The notes: generated from the sequence alone by a model not told the origin. A DNA stretch of 64,000 bases from Clostridia bacterium (GCA_017473865.1 JAFUJB010000016.1:135476-199475), one strand, 5' to 3'. Positions 35,216-44,895 are shown, counted from the first letter of the stretch. Program-made: numbers and translations.

Positions 35216-36214
35216 TTATTTAGAAGCTTCTTCGATAGCAACTGCAACAGCAACAGTCATACCAACCATGGGGTTGTTACCTGCGCCGATGAGACCCATC
35301 ATTTCAACGTGTGCGGGAACCGATGAAGAACCTGCAAACTGTGCGTCAGAGTGCATACGTCCCATAGTATCTGTCATACCGTAGGAAGCAGGACCTGCAG
35401 CCATGTTGTCGGGATGGAGTGTACGTCCTGTACCGCCGCCCGATGCAACTGAGAAGTAGTTTACGCCGTTTTCAACACACCACTTCTTGTATGTTCCTGC
35501 AACGGGGTGCTGGAAACGAGTGGGGTTGGTGGAGTTACCGGTGATGGAAACGCCTACGTTTTCTTTTCTCATAATTGCTACGCCTTCGGGTACGTTGTTT
35601 GCGCCGTAGCATTTAACCTTAGCACGAGGACCGTTGGAGAAGGGAACTTCTCTTACAACGGAAACGTCTTCTGTAGCAGGGTCAAATTCGGTTTCAACGT
35701 ATGTGAAGCCGTTAATTCTGGAAATGATGTATGCAGCATCTTTTCCGAGACCGTTGAGGATAACGCGGAGGTCTTTTGAACGAACCTTGTTTGCGTTAAG
35801 AGCGATTTTGATAGCGCCTTCAGCAGCAGCGAAGGACTCGTGGCCTGCGAGGAAGCAGAAGCATTCTGTTTCTTCGGAAAGAAGCATTTTGCCGAGGTTA
35901 CCGTGGCCGAGACCAACCTTACGGTTTTCAGCAACGGAGCCGGGGATACAGAAAGCCTGAAGACCGATACCGATTGCGGCAGCGGCGTCAGCAGCCTTTG
36001 TGCAGCCCTTTTTAATTGCGATTGCAGCGCCAACTGTGTATGCCCATTTTGCATTTTCAAATGCGATAGGCTGTGTTTCTTCTACGATCTTGTAGGGGTC
36101 GATACCCTTTGCAGCGCATATTTCCTTACATTCATCAATGGAGGAAATGCCGTATTCTTTAAGAGCCGCGAGGATCTTTGCCTCACGTCTTTCATAACCT
36201 TCAAAATGTGCCAT
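35216..36214 (-). CDS. GGGtGRT family protein (function unknown)
   Basis: 332 aa containing the family-defining SGGGTGRT. Confidence 0.75.
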   Translation of the reverse strand: MAHFEGYERREAKILAALKEYGISSIDECKEICAAKGIDPYKIVEETQPIAFENAKWAYTVGAAIAIKKGCTKAADAAAAIGIGLQAFCIPGSVAENRKVGLGHGNLGKMLLSEETECFCFLAGHESFAAAEGAIKIALNANKVRSKDLRVILNGLGKDAAYIISRINGFTYVETEFDPATEDVSVVREVPFSNGPRAKVKCYGANNVPEGVAIMRKENVGVSITGNSTNPTRFQHPVAGTYKKWCVENGVNYFSVASGGGTGRTLHPDNMAAGPASYGMTDTMGRMHSDAQFAGSSSVPAHVEMMGLIGAGNNPMVGMTVAVAVAIEEASK

Positions 36215-36232
36215 TACGTTTTCCCTCCTTAA

Positions 36233-36949
36233 TTATTCATGTCTGGGGTCGATATACTTAACAGCATCAGCAAATCTGCCGTAAGTACCCATAGACTGTT
36301 TGTATGCTTCGTTGGGTTCAACACCCTTCTTGATGAGGTCGGTCATTTTTCCGAGAGATACGAATTCATAACCGATTACTTCATCGTTTGCATCAAGAGC
36401 CATTCTCGTGCAGTAGCCCTCGGTCATTTCGAGGTAACGAACGCCCTTAGCCTTTGTGCCGTACATTGTGCCAACCATTGAACGAGCGCCTTTACCGAGG
36501 TCTTCCATACCTGCGCCGATTACCAAGCCGCCTTCGGAGAAAGCTGACTGTGTTCTGCCGTATACGATCTGCAAGAAGAGTTCGCGCATAGCAGTATTGA
36601 TGGCGTCGCAAACAAGGTCAGTGTTGAGAGCTTCGAGAAGTGTCTTGCCGGGGAGGATTTCTGCCGCCATAGCTGCAGAGTGTGTCATACCCGAGCAACC
36701 GATTGTTTCAACGAGAGCTTCTTCAATAATACCGTTCTTTACGTTGAGGGAGAGCTTACAGCCGCCCTGCTGAGGTGCACACCAGCCGATACCGTGTGTG
36801 TAACCGGAAATGTCAGTGATCTGTTTTGACTGGATCCATTTGCCTTCTTCCGGAATGGGAGCGGGACCGTGATCGCAGCCTTTTGTGACGTTGCCCATGT
36901 GAGCAACTTCTGTGCTCATGGCATATTCACAAGAAAATTCTTTGCTCAT
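36233..36949 (-). CDS. NifU/IscU N-terminal-like Fe-S scaffold-like protein
   Basis: ETIGCSGMTHSAAMAAEILPGKTLLEAL resembles the IscU GC(G/S)..A core. Further Cys in GWCAPQQGGC and LVCD. Confidence 0.6.
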   Translation of the reverse strand: MSKEFSCEYAMSTEVAHMGNVTKGCDHGPAPIPEEGKWIQSKQITDISGYTHGIGWCAPQQGGCKLSLNVKNGIIEEALVETIGCSGMTHSAAMAAEILPGKTLLEALNTDLVCDAINTAMRELFLQIVYGRTQSAFSEGGLVIGAGMEDLGKGARSMVGTMYGTKAKGVRYLEMTEGYCTRMALDANDEVIGYEFVSLGKMTDLIKKGVEPNEAYKQSMGTYGRFADAVKYIDPRHE

Positions 36950-36995
36950 GATTAGATCTCCTTATATAAGATATGTTTAATTGAATACAGGGGAA

Positions 36996-37568
36996 TTATT
37001 TAACGATTTCGCCGTAGCAAAGACCGAAAGCGCAAGCGGCGTTAGCTTCGTCTGTGTCGATGTGCATAGCGGGAGCAAACTTTTCGCTTACTCTGATTAC
37101 AACGTCGTCAAAAATAGTTGTTCTTTCGGAATCAATCTTAACCTTTACGATCTGCTTGTCCTGAACGTCAAACTGTGCAGCAGCTTCGGGAGTAAGGTGG
37201 ATGTGTCTCTTTGCGATGATAACGCCTTCAGCGAGATCTACTTCGCCTGCAGGGCCAACAAGCTTAAGACCGGGAGTAGCAGCAACGTCGCCGCTTTCTC
37301 TAACGGGAGCTGTAACGCCGAGTGTACGAGCGTCTGTGAAAGAAATTTCAACCTGTGTAGCAGGACGAGCGGGACCGAGGATGATTACGTTTGCAATCTC
37401 TTTCTTGGGGCCGACGAGCTTAACTCTTTCTTCACAAGCAAACTGACCGGGCTGGCTGAGTTCCTTTTTGTTTGTAAGTGTTGCACCCTTGCCGAACAAT
37501 GCCTCGATGTGTTCTGCAGAAAGGTGTACGTGTCTTGCGGAAGTTTCAACAAGAACTTTGTTTTCCAT
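36996..37568 (-). CDS. pduL: phosphate propanoyl/acetyl-transferase PduL
   Basis: Duplicated PduL motifs SARHVHLS and AKRHIHLT, plus MHIDTDEANAA. GGAGG RBS before the ATG at 37568. Confidence 0.85.
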   Translation of the reverse strand: MENKVLVETSARHVHLSAEHIEALFGKGATLTNKKELSQPGQFACEERVKLVGPKKEIANVIILGPARPATQVEISFTDARTLGVTAPVRESGDVAATPGLKLVGPAGEVDLAEGVIIAKRHIHLTPEAAAQFDVQDKQIVKVKIDSERTTIFDDVVIRVSEKFAPAMHIDTDEANAACAFGLCYGEIVK

Positions 37569-37690
37569 ATCTATTATCCTCCATGTAATTAAATAATATT
37601 TGCATAATTCCAATCAAAATCAATTATACTATAAAAAAAGCCAAAAGTAAAGAGAAATAATTATATTTTTACTATATTTTACTAACAAAA

Positions 37691-38431
37691 ATGGAAGGGA
37701 AAACAGAAGTAATTATGTCAGATAAAGAAAAAAACGAAGAAAATAAAGAGCTAGATAAAGAGAAGGCGGAGAACCTACATCTTGAAAATATACAGATGAG
37801 CAACGCCGTAACGACCGAGTCAAACGGGAAAAGATTTCACTGTATGACGATAATCGGGCAGATCGAGGGTCATTATCTTTTGCCTAACGACCAGAAAGCG
37901 ACAAAATACGAGCAGATAATACCCTTACTTGTTTCGGTAGAAGAGGATGACGATATGGACGGTCTGATTATAATACTGAATACGGTAGGCGGTGACGTAG
38001 AGGCAGGGTTGGCTATATCTGAAATGATAGCGAGTATGAGCAAGCCGACGGTGTCTCTGGTGTTAGGCGGAGGGCACTCTATCGGAGTGCCCCTTGCGGT
38101 GTCGGCGAAAAAATCATTTATCGTGCCTTCGGCGACTATGACCGTGCATCCTGTAAGGACGACGGGGCTTGTTGTGAGTGCGCCGCAGACCTACAATTAT
38201 TTTAACCGTATGCAAGATAGGATATTAAAATTTGTGTGCGATCATTCAAACGTAGAAATGGACAAGCTACGCGAAATGATGCTTGCAAAGGACGAGCTTG
38301 CGACTGATATGGGCACGGTTTTGGAGGGAAAAGAAGCCGTAGAATGTGGTTTGATTGACGAAGTCGGGGGGCTTAGCGATGCCATACGTGTTTTAGACGA
38401 AATGGTAAAAAATATAAAAGAAAATAAATGA
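37691..38431 (+). CDS. ClpP-family serine protease, TepA-like
   Basis: 246 aa. ClpP-like core (ILNTVGGDVEAGLAI, GGGHSIGV) with an acidic N-terminal extension. Start could be 37715. Confidence 0.6.
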   Translation: MEGKTEVIMSDKEKNEENKELDKEKAENLHLENIQMSNAVTTESNGKRFHCMTIIGQIEGHYLLPNDQKATKYEQIIPLLVSVEEDDDMDGLIIILNTVGGDVEAGLAISEMIASMSKPTVSLVLGGGHSIGVPLAVSAKKSFIVPSATMTVHPVRTTGLVVSAPQTYNYFNRMQDRILKFVCDHSNVEMDKLREMMLAKDELATDMGTVLEGKEAVECGLIDEVGGLSDAIRVLDEMVKNIKENK

Positions 38432-38648
38432 AAAAAAGACTCGGCTGAATAGTCTATCATTCGGTCAAGTCTTTTTTATTCTCATAATACTGTTTTATTG
38501 GGTTATCGTGAATATATTTCCGTCTTGTTTCGTAATCCTCTCTGTCGCGGATTATGTGGTCTGCAAATGAACGTTGAAAAATATTGTATCCAATCTCTTT
38601 GTTACAAAACCTTTTGAACGTAGAAACAATATGTGGCAGCATTTCATT

Positions 38649-38675
38649 GGTAGGGGACGGCGCCCTCGACGTCCC
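38649..38675 (+). repeat. REP variant 2 inside RayT copy 3
   Basis: GGTAGGGGACGGCGCCCTCGACGTCCC. Confidence 0.75.
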
Positions 38676-38818
38676 TTTTGGCTTTGAATCTTTACCGATA
38701 AATATTATTGCGTGTATGTGGTCGGGCATAATAACATATTCATCGATTTTTACACCTTGAATATTTTCACTTGACAATAAATATTTCTCAACAATTTTGC
38801 CTATCTGTGTCAAATTTT

Positions 38819-38844
38819 GGGACGTCGTGGGCGCCGTCCCCTAC
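38819..38844 (-). repeat. REP variant 2 inside RayT copy 3 (inverted partner)
   Basis: GGGACGTCGTGGGCGCCGTCCCCTAC. Confidence 0.75.
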
Positions 38845-39021
38845 CGCGTAATTGTTCGTTTCGCTTACGGAGGGATTATTTGTACATATTATTTCTGACA
38901 ATATTTGTTTTCTGTCTTGCGTACATATCGTTACAAAATATGCACCAACAGAGCTGTAATCGTAATTTTGTATTCTTGTTGGTTTTCTTTCGGGATAATT
39001 AATATCCATAAATATTCCTTT

Positions 39022-40074
39022 TTATTTTACTGCATAGATGTTGAGGTCCCACGCGGGAACGTACTTAAATTTGCGTAAAATGAGCTTATAATCAGGGTTT
39101 AACTCATTAATCAGCAGGGGAAGATCAAACAGGTCCTCGTTTCTGTGATAGGCCGAAACGAGCAAGTCGGGACGGCTGTTTTTTATAAGCTCTTTACTGC
39201 CGATAAGGGCTTTTCTTTCCGCGCCCTCAACGTCATATTTGATATAGTCGGCGGTAGATGCTATACCGTCGATTTTTTTGGCTTCAACGTCGACTGTTTT
39301 TTTGGTATTAAGCGAGAACGTGTTTGCGTTTCTGTTACCGCTTGCATCAAAAACAAGGGTAGTATCTTCATCCCACGCGGCAACGTTTCGGGGGATTATC
39401 TTAGGATTATCTTCGGAATATGCAGCCAGCTTTTTGTAGTTTCGTTTGTCGGGTTCGAGGGCGTATATTAGTTTAATATTCGAGCACTTATCAAGCATTT
39501 GTCTTGCGGTATCGCCGTTATATGCACCCGCGTCGATGCATATTTCATAACTGTCGGGAGAAAGAATACTTTCCCATTGTTCATCGGGGGAGGTTTCGAT
39601 TTCGCGCAGGTATGATATCTTGCCCGTAAGCTTATATTTTATAACGTTGTCAAAAACCTTTTTCGACCATTCATCAAAGAAAAGCTGTCTTGCGCTGTCA
39701 AATGCCTCTTTATGTTCTTCGTAATAATCAAGCGTAAACGTACCGTCGCCCGTAACCGGTACGTCGGGAGCATACATTTCATAGGCTTCGTCAAGCTGAT
39801 AAAAATAATCAAGAACGTTATCGAGGCTGGACGCAAACGAAAGAATTATTATAAAATCACCGTATTTTTCTTTTATCTCGCTGAACGAAAGTACTTTCTT
39901 TCCGTGAAAAAAGTGGCCGCGTACAAAGCCGTCGCTTGCAAAAAAATCGGCTGCTTGGATACCGAGTTTATCAAAGCGCTCAATAATTTTGTCCGCGCCG
40001 TTGCCCATGCCGTACATTACGATAGGTTTTTTGGCGGTCTGAAGATACCCCCAAAGGTCTTGCTTTATATCCAT
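39022..40074 (-). CDS. FkbM family methyltransferase
   Basis: 350 aa. SAM-binding IDAGAYNGDTA and ALEPD. Confidence 0.65.
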   Translation of the reverse strand: MDIKQDLWGYLQTAKKPIVMYGMGNGADKIIERFDKLGIQAADFFASDGFVRGHFFHGKKVLSFSEIKEKYGDFIIILSFASSLDNVLDYFYQLDEAYEMYAPDVPVTGDGTFTLDYYEEHKEAFDSARQLFFDEWSKKVFDNVIKYKLTGKISYLREIETSPDEQWESILSPDSYEICIDAGAYNGDTARQMLDKCSNIKLIYALEPDKRNYKKLAAYSEDNPKIIPRNVAAWDEDTTLVFDASGNRNANTFSLNTKKTVDVEAKKIDGIASTADYIKYDVEGAERKALIGSKELIKNSRPDLLVSAYHRNEDLFDLPLLINELNPDYKLILRKFKYVPAWDLNIYAVK

Positions 40075-40237
40075 AATATTTCACTCCGAAATAAGAGTAT
40101 ATCTACTATACAATTATACACGTGTACACAAAAAAGTCAAAGTTTTAAAAAGATAAAATAAAAAATAAGCAAAAAATGTTGTAGATTGCGCAAATATATG
40201 TTATAATCAGTAAAGAAAACACGGTAAGGAGAAACAA

Positions 40238-40624
40238 ATGACACCCGAAACGTTAAACGGAGCGACTTTAGCATATCTCGGGGACGCCGTTCTTGAGATA
40301 ATGGTGCGGGAAAAAGTTATTGAAAGCGGTGTTACTGACGTTGGCAGACTTAACGATATGGCGAGAACGTTTGTCAGAGCTACCGAGCAGAGCAACGCAT
40401 TAAACAATATAATCGACCTGCTCGACGAGGAAGAAATGAGCTTTTTCAAGAGGGGCAGAAACTCAAAAGGGCATACCCCGAAATCTGCGTCAACGGTTGA
40501 ATACAGAAGAGCTACGGGGCTTGAATCGCTGTTTGCTTTCCTTTATATGAAGGGTAGAAAAGACAGACTGAAGTTCCTGTTTGAAAAGGCGTACAACGAC
40601 CATTTTGACAATCTTTTAAAATAA
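40238..40624 (+). CDS. mrnC: Mini-ribonuclease 3
   Basis: 128 aa. LAYLGDAVLEIMVRE RNase III-like signature. Confidence 0.85.
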   Translation: MTPETLNGATLAYLGDAVLEIMVREKVIESGVTDVGRLNDMARTFVRATEQSNALNNIIDLLDEEEMSFFKRGRNSKGHTPKSASTVEYRRATGLESLFAFLYMKGRKDRLKFLFEKAYNDHFDNLLK

Positions 40625-40654
40625 ATTTTTATAAATAAAAAGGAGACAAAAACT

Positions 40655-41134
40655 ATGTTCAAAAAATTTAAGGCTTTTGCATTCAAAGGCAACGTAATCG
40701 ATATGGCAGTCGGTGTAGTAGTCGGCGGCGCATTCGGAAAGATCGTTACGTCTCTCGTAAACGACCTCATCACACCTTTCATCAGCCTTCTTACAGGCGG
40801 AGCAAACTTTAGCGAGCTTTTCGTTATTCTCAACAAGGCTAATGCACCTGCGGGTACGGATTTCGACGCGATTAAAACAATTGCAGACGCAAAGGCGCTC
40901 GGACTTGCTACTCTTAACTGGGGTAATTTCGTTCAGACCGTTATCGACTTCTTCATTATCGCGATTTCGATATTCCTTTTCGTAACCCTCATCCAGAAGG
41001 GCAGAGACAAGCTTGAAGCGAAGAAAAAAGCTGAAGAAGCTGCAAAAGAGGCAGAAAAGGCTGCTGAGCCTCCCAAGCCTACGACAGAAGAACTCCTTGC
41101 TGAGATCCGCGATCTTCTTAAAGAAAATAAATAA
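40655..41134 (+). CDS. mscL: large-conductance mechanosensitive channel
   Basis: FKAFAFKGNVIDMAVGVVVGGAFGKIV; 159 aa. Confidence 0.9.
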   Translation: MFKKFKAFAFKGNVIDMAVGVVVGGAFGKIVTSLVNDLITPFISLLTGGANFSELFVILNKANAPAGTDFDAIKTIADAKALGLATLNWGNFVQTVIDFFIIAISIFLFVTLIQKGRDKLEAKKKAEEAAKEAEKAAEPPKPTTEELLAEIRDLLKENK

Positions 41135-41155
41135 CCTTACTTAATTCAAAGAAAA

Positions 41156-42103
41156 ATGTACAGAATAGGCATAGATCTCGGCGGCACCAATATTGCCGTC
41201 GGTATCGTGGATAGTGATAATAATATCATAAAGAAGGAAAGTATTCCTACAAAAGCGGGACGCAACCCTGACGAAATTATAAAAGATATGGCGGCTCTTT
41301 GCGAAAAAATGCTTGCCGAAAAGGGCATAATGCTATGTCAGGTTGAGTTTGTGGGTATCGCATCTCCCGGCTCTATCGAGCCTAAAAAAGGTGTCGTTGG
41401 TTTTTCCGCAAACCTCAATATGATTGACTATCCAATCGTAAAAAAATTCAAAGAATATCTTGCAGTAAATAGAGTGTTTGTTGAAAACGACGCGAATGCG
41501 GCGGCAATGGGCGAAGCCATCGCAGGCTCCGGAAAGGGCGTTAATACATTTATAATGGTAACGCTTGGAACGGGGGTCGGCGGAGGAATAATCATCGACG
41601 GCAAGATCTATTCCGGATTTAACAATGCGGGCGGCGAGCTCGGCCACATGGTTATCGAGCATAACGGAAGGGCGTGTACCTGCGGCAGAAACGGTTGCTG
41701 GGAGACTTACAGCTCGGCAACGGGTCTTATCACTATGACCAAGGAATATATGATGACCAACAAGAAATCGCTTATGTGGAAGCTTGTTGACAACGATATT
41801 GACAAGGTCGGCGGAAAGACTGCGTACAAAGCGGCGGGAATGGGCGATATGACGGCGAGAGCAGTATGCGCTGAATACACCGACTATCTTGCTTGCGGAC
41901 TGGCGAATATAATAAACATATTCCAGCCTGAAATCATAAGTATCGGAGGCGGAGTATCAAACGAGGGAGAAAATCTTATGGCTCCCCTTCGCGAACTTGT
42001 TGAAAGTATGCAGTATACGAGCAGGAATACGAAAAAGACACAGCTGCGCATCGCGACTCTTAAAAATGACGCGGGAATTATAGGCGCGGCAAACATAGGT
42101 TAA
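41156..42103 (+). CDS. glcK: ROK family glucokinase
   Basis: IGIDLGGTNIAVG, and GHM..CTCGRNGCWE zinc motif. Confidence 0.85.
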   Translation: MYRIGIDLGGTNIAVGIVDSDNNIIKKESIPTKAGRNPDEIIKDMAALCEKMLAEKGIMLCQVEFVGIASPGSIEPKKGVVGFSANLNMIDYPIVKKFKEYLAVNRVFVENDANAAAMGEAIAGSGKGVNTFIMVTLGTGVGGGIIIDGKIYSGFNNAGGELGHMVIEHNGRACTCGRNGCWETYSSATGLITMTKEYMMTNKKSLMWKLVDNDIDKVGGKTAYKAAGMGDMTARAVCAEYTDYLACGLANIINIFQPEIISIGGGVSNEGENLMAPLRELVESMQYTSRNTKKTQLRIATLKNDAGIIGAANIG

Positions 42104-42109
42104 TTAAAC

Positions 42110-42153
42110 AAGAATGTGTGTGGGTTTTTCCCGCACACATTCTTTTGTATTTT
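42110..42153 (+). terminator. rho-independent terminator
   Basis: AAGAATGTGTGTGGG-TTTTT-CCCGCACACATTCTT followed by a T-rich tail. A second hairpin AGCGCACGG..CCGTGCGCT+T6 follows. Confidence 0.85.
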
Positions 42154-42214
42154 ATTGAAAATAGCGCACGGTTTATACCGTGCGCTGTTTTTTCAGCAAA
42201 AAACTGTATATTCT

Positions 42215-42457
42215 TTATTTCCCGTATTTAACAGCAGCGTCTGCAATGAGCGCGCCGCAAAAGACGAGAGTGTAGCTCATCATAGCATATTCAATCATTT
42301 CGGGGACAGACACCAAAAGCCATGGAATCTCATTTTCGGGGGCTTCTATAAGTAGTTTTAATATGTATAAAAAAACAAGTGTAATAATCGGGAGTCCGAT
42401 TTTGAATATCATTGCGGATAACTTGGAAAGCGGAGTAATCACTAATTTCTTTTTCAC
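42215..42457 (-). CDS. small membrane protein (2 TM), hypothetical
   Basis: 80 aa and hydrophobic. No motif. Confidence 0.4.
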   Translation of the reverse strand: MKKKLVITPLSKLSAMIFKIGLPIITLVFLYILKLLIEAPENEIPWLLVSVPEMIEYAMMSYTLVFCGALIADAAVKYGK

Positions 42458-42776
42458 TTGAATACGTCCTTTCTTGGTATATTATTTTGTTTCAAGTATA
42501 TTATACAGTAAAGAAAACAGCCTGTCATTAATGAATTATTGTTATTTGAGGTGAATTTTGCCGAATAAATTTTCGACAAAATTCGACAAAGTTTTACCAA
42601 AATAATCAGTTTTTGCACAATAAAACGCATTTTTAAAAAACATAACTTAAAAAAGTAGGTAAAAACCTGTTTTTTTGTGCGATAAATTGTCGAATTATTA
42701 AGACAAAATTTTCTTTACAATTTGTTTTTCTGTTTGTATAATGAAAAAACTCTGTAATAATGCTTTGGAGGTGTTT

Positions 42777-43064
42777 ATGAAAAATCATACTTTGGTAAGC
42801 AAACAGACGTCTATTGGGAGTAAAGATAAGATATATCTTGATTACAGCTTGATACTGACTGACAGTAAAGAAGTTGATCTATTTACGGAAAATACGGTTT
42901 ATTCCATACTAATTTTACAGATTGAGGGAGGAATAACTACACAGTATGATTTTTTGTACGACGTCGCAAGAGACAAGGAAAATGCTGTTGCAATATTTGA
43001 AATGATGGTCTATAATAATGTTATGCCAAGCAACGCGAGGGACATTCTCGTCGATTGCTTATAG
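42777..43064 (+). CDS. hypothetical protein (95 aa)
   Basis: GGAGG 6 nt before the ATG at 42777. The track's upstream ATG at 42741 overlaps a TATAAT box. Confidence 0.5.
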   Translation: MKNHTLVSKQTSIGSKDKIYLDYSLILTDSKEVDLFTENTVYSILILQIEGGITTQYDFLYDVARDKENAVAIFEMMVYNNVMPSNARDILVDCL

Positions 43065-43084
43065 ATTTTTGGGGTGTATCGTTT

Positions 43085-43783
43085 ATGGACAGAGAAAACA
43101 GAAAGTGGCTTGAAAGACAGGATTCGCTTATCGGGAAAGAAAACACCGATATTCTATGCGGACTGTCGGTTATGTTATTCGGAGTCGGCGGAGTGGGCGG
43201 TTTTACTGCCGAAGCGCTTGCGCGTTGCGGAGTAGGCAAAATTATCCTTGTCGATTTTGATACGGTTTCTCTGTCGAATATAAACAGACAGATAATTGCA
43301 GATACTACTACAGTCGGTATGAAAAAGACTGCAGTTATGGCGGACAGAATAAAAAAAATTAACCCCGAATGTGAAGTTATCGAAAAAGATATTTTTGTTA
43401 ATGCCGAAAACGCGAGAGAGATTATTGAGTCGGAAAACGTTGATTACGTCATAGATGCAATTGATAACGTAACGGCGAAAATTGCAATTATCAGCTGTTG
43501 CAAAGAACTAGGCATCGGCATTATTTCTTCAATGGGCACGGGCAATAAGCTCGATTCTTCGCGGTTTAAGATATGCGATATACATAAAACGTCGGTATGT
43601 CCTTTGGCAAAGGTGGTCAGACACGAGCTTAAGGTCAGAAATATAAAAAACGTACCGGTGCTTTTCAGCGACGAAGAACCGCTTTTAAAGGGAGAAAGAG
43701 TGCCCGCATCCGTAGCATTTGTGCCCTCTGTTGCGGGGCTTATGATCGCAGGCTACGTTGTCCGTCAGGTTATTGAAAAATAG
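43085..43783 (+). CDS. tcdA: tRNA threonylcarbamoyladenosine dehydratase (ThiF/E1-like)
   Basis: FGVGGVGGFTAEALARCGVGKIILVDFD.V..SNINRQ. Confidence 0.8.
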   Translation: MDRENRKWLERQDSLIGKENTDILCGLSVMLFGVGGVGGFTAEALARCGVGKIILVDFDTVSLSNINRQIIADTTTVGMKKTAVMADRIKKINPECEVIEKDIFVNAENAREIIESENVDYVIDAIDNVTAKIAIISCCKELGIGIISSMGTGNKLDSSRFKICDIHKTSVCPLAKVVRHELKVRNIKNVPVLFSDEEPLLKGERVPASVAFVPSVAGLMIAGYVVRQVIEK

Positions 43784-43879
43784 CTTTACATACACAGCCA
43801 AAAAATATTTCCCGTCTTGCATAATTATTTGATTTACTGTCAAGAATAGTCTTGAAAATCAAATAAAGGTGGGAAAACA

Positions 43880-44629
43880 ATGAATAACGCAAAAAGAAAT
43901 AAAACCAATCTTGCGTTATACATAGTACTGGCCCTTATTATTGCGGCGGTAGTATGTATGACGGTATTCAGTATAGCCACGGCTTCTAAAAGAAAAGGAC
44001 AGAATCCTCCTGTTGACCGTACTGAGTCTGACAAGTACACGGACAGTCAGAAAGACAGCGACAAACCGCAGGATACCGGTACCCCGGACAGCTCGGGAAA
44101 CGATGACGAGCAGACGACGGCTCCTTCTACAGACGGGCCCAGTCTTGACGTAAGCGTACCCACAAAGATCAATATTACCGAGCCTATCAAAAACGGATAC
44201 TTGCTTAAGCGCTTTGAAATCGATATTCCCGTATATTCCTTGACGATGAACGACTACCGCGTTCATACGGGAATAGACATTCTTGCCGAGCCGGGCGAGC
44301 CCGTAATGGCGATTGCAGAAGGAACGGTTCAGAATATTTATGAAGATCCGATGATGGGTAAGTGTATCACCATCAGCCATTCGGGCGGGTTGACTTCATA
44401 TTATATGGGTCTTTCGGATGAGGTATGTGAGGGCATTGAAGAGGGCGCTCCCGTATATTGCGGACAGAATATCTCGTCGGTGGGCGACAGTACTCTTATC
44501 GAAATTGCCGAGGAATCGCACTTGCACTTCGAGCTGAAGAAAAACGGAAAATACGTTGACCCTATGGCGTATTTTAACTATAAAGCTACAACGTCGGAAG
44601 GCGTTATAGACGAAAACTACGAAGGATAA
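43880..44629 (+). CDS. M23 family metallopeptidase, membrane anchored
   Basis: N-terminal TM. HTGIDI and HLHFE motifs. Confidence 0.8.
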   Translation: MNNAKRNKTNLALYIVLALIIAAVVCMTVFSIATASKRKGQNPPVDRTESDKYTDSQKDSDKPQDTGTPDSSGNDDEQTTAPSTDGPSLDVSVPTKINITEPIKNGYLLKRFEIDIPVYSLTMNDYRVHTGIDILAEPGEPVMAIAEGTVQNIYEDPMMGKCITISHSGGLTSYYMGLSDEVCEGIEEGAPVYCGQNISSVGDSTLIEIAEESHLHFELKKNGKYVDPMAYFNYKATTSEGVIDENYEG

Positions 44630-44748
44630 ACAAAAATGGCTGTATGCGTTTTTTACGCATACAGCCATTTTGTCCGGTAACGTATATTCTTAGCAGATTT
44701 ACGCCAAAATAAATATACCGAAAAAAACAGGAAGGCGGTATAGTAATT

Positions 44749-44895
44749 ATGGATAATCAAGAAAAAAACAATAGTTCCGAGAAAATTTATACAAACGTTG
44801 CTCTTCCCGAAAAACTGGCTGAAAAAAGCGACAGAATATTTATTCATCAGGAAAAAGAGCGCAAGGAACCGGAATTATCGAACAATATTGAATAA
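44749..44895 (+). CDS. 48-aa hydrophilic sORF (MDNQEKNNSSEKIYTNVALPEKLAEKSDRIFIHQEKERKEPELSNNIE)
   Basis: Sits between two terminator hairpins (about 44636-44672 and 44903-44935). Weak and distant AGGAAGG. Not in the ORF track. Confidence 0.3.
   Translation: MDNQEKNNSSEKIYTNVALPEKLAEKSDRIFIHQEKERKEPELSNNIE

Larger units (their letters stand above)
38457..39009 (-). pseudogene. RayT/IS200-like Y1 transposase, third and more divergent copy, split into two frames
   Basis: The 73-aa (38788-39009) and 118-aa (38457-38813) ORFs together give a full RayT (YDYSSVGAYFVTICT; MPDHIHAI; FADHIIRDREDYETRRKYIHDNP). The frame breaks right after the first internal REP. Confidence 0.7.

Noticed and set aside
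36996-37568. PduL as a marker of a propanediol-utilisation microcompartment
   Set aside because: There are no BMC shell, diol dehydratase or aldehyde dehydrogenase genes nearby. PduL probably acts as a general phosphotransacylase here.
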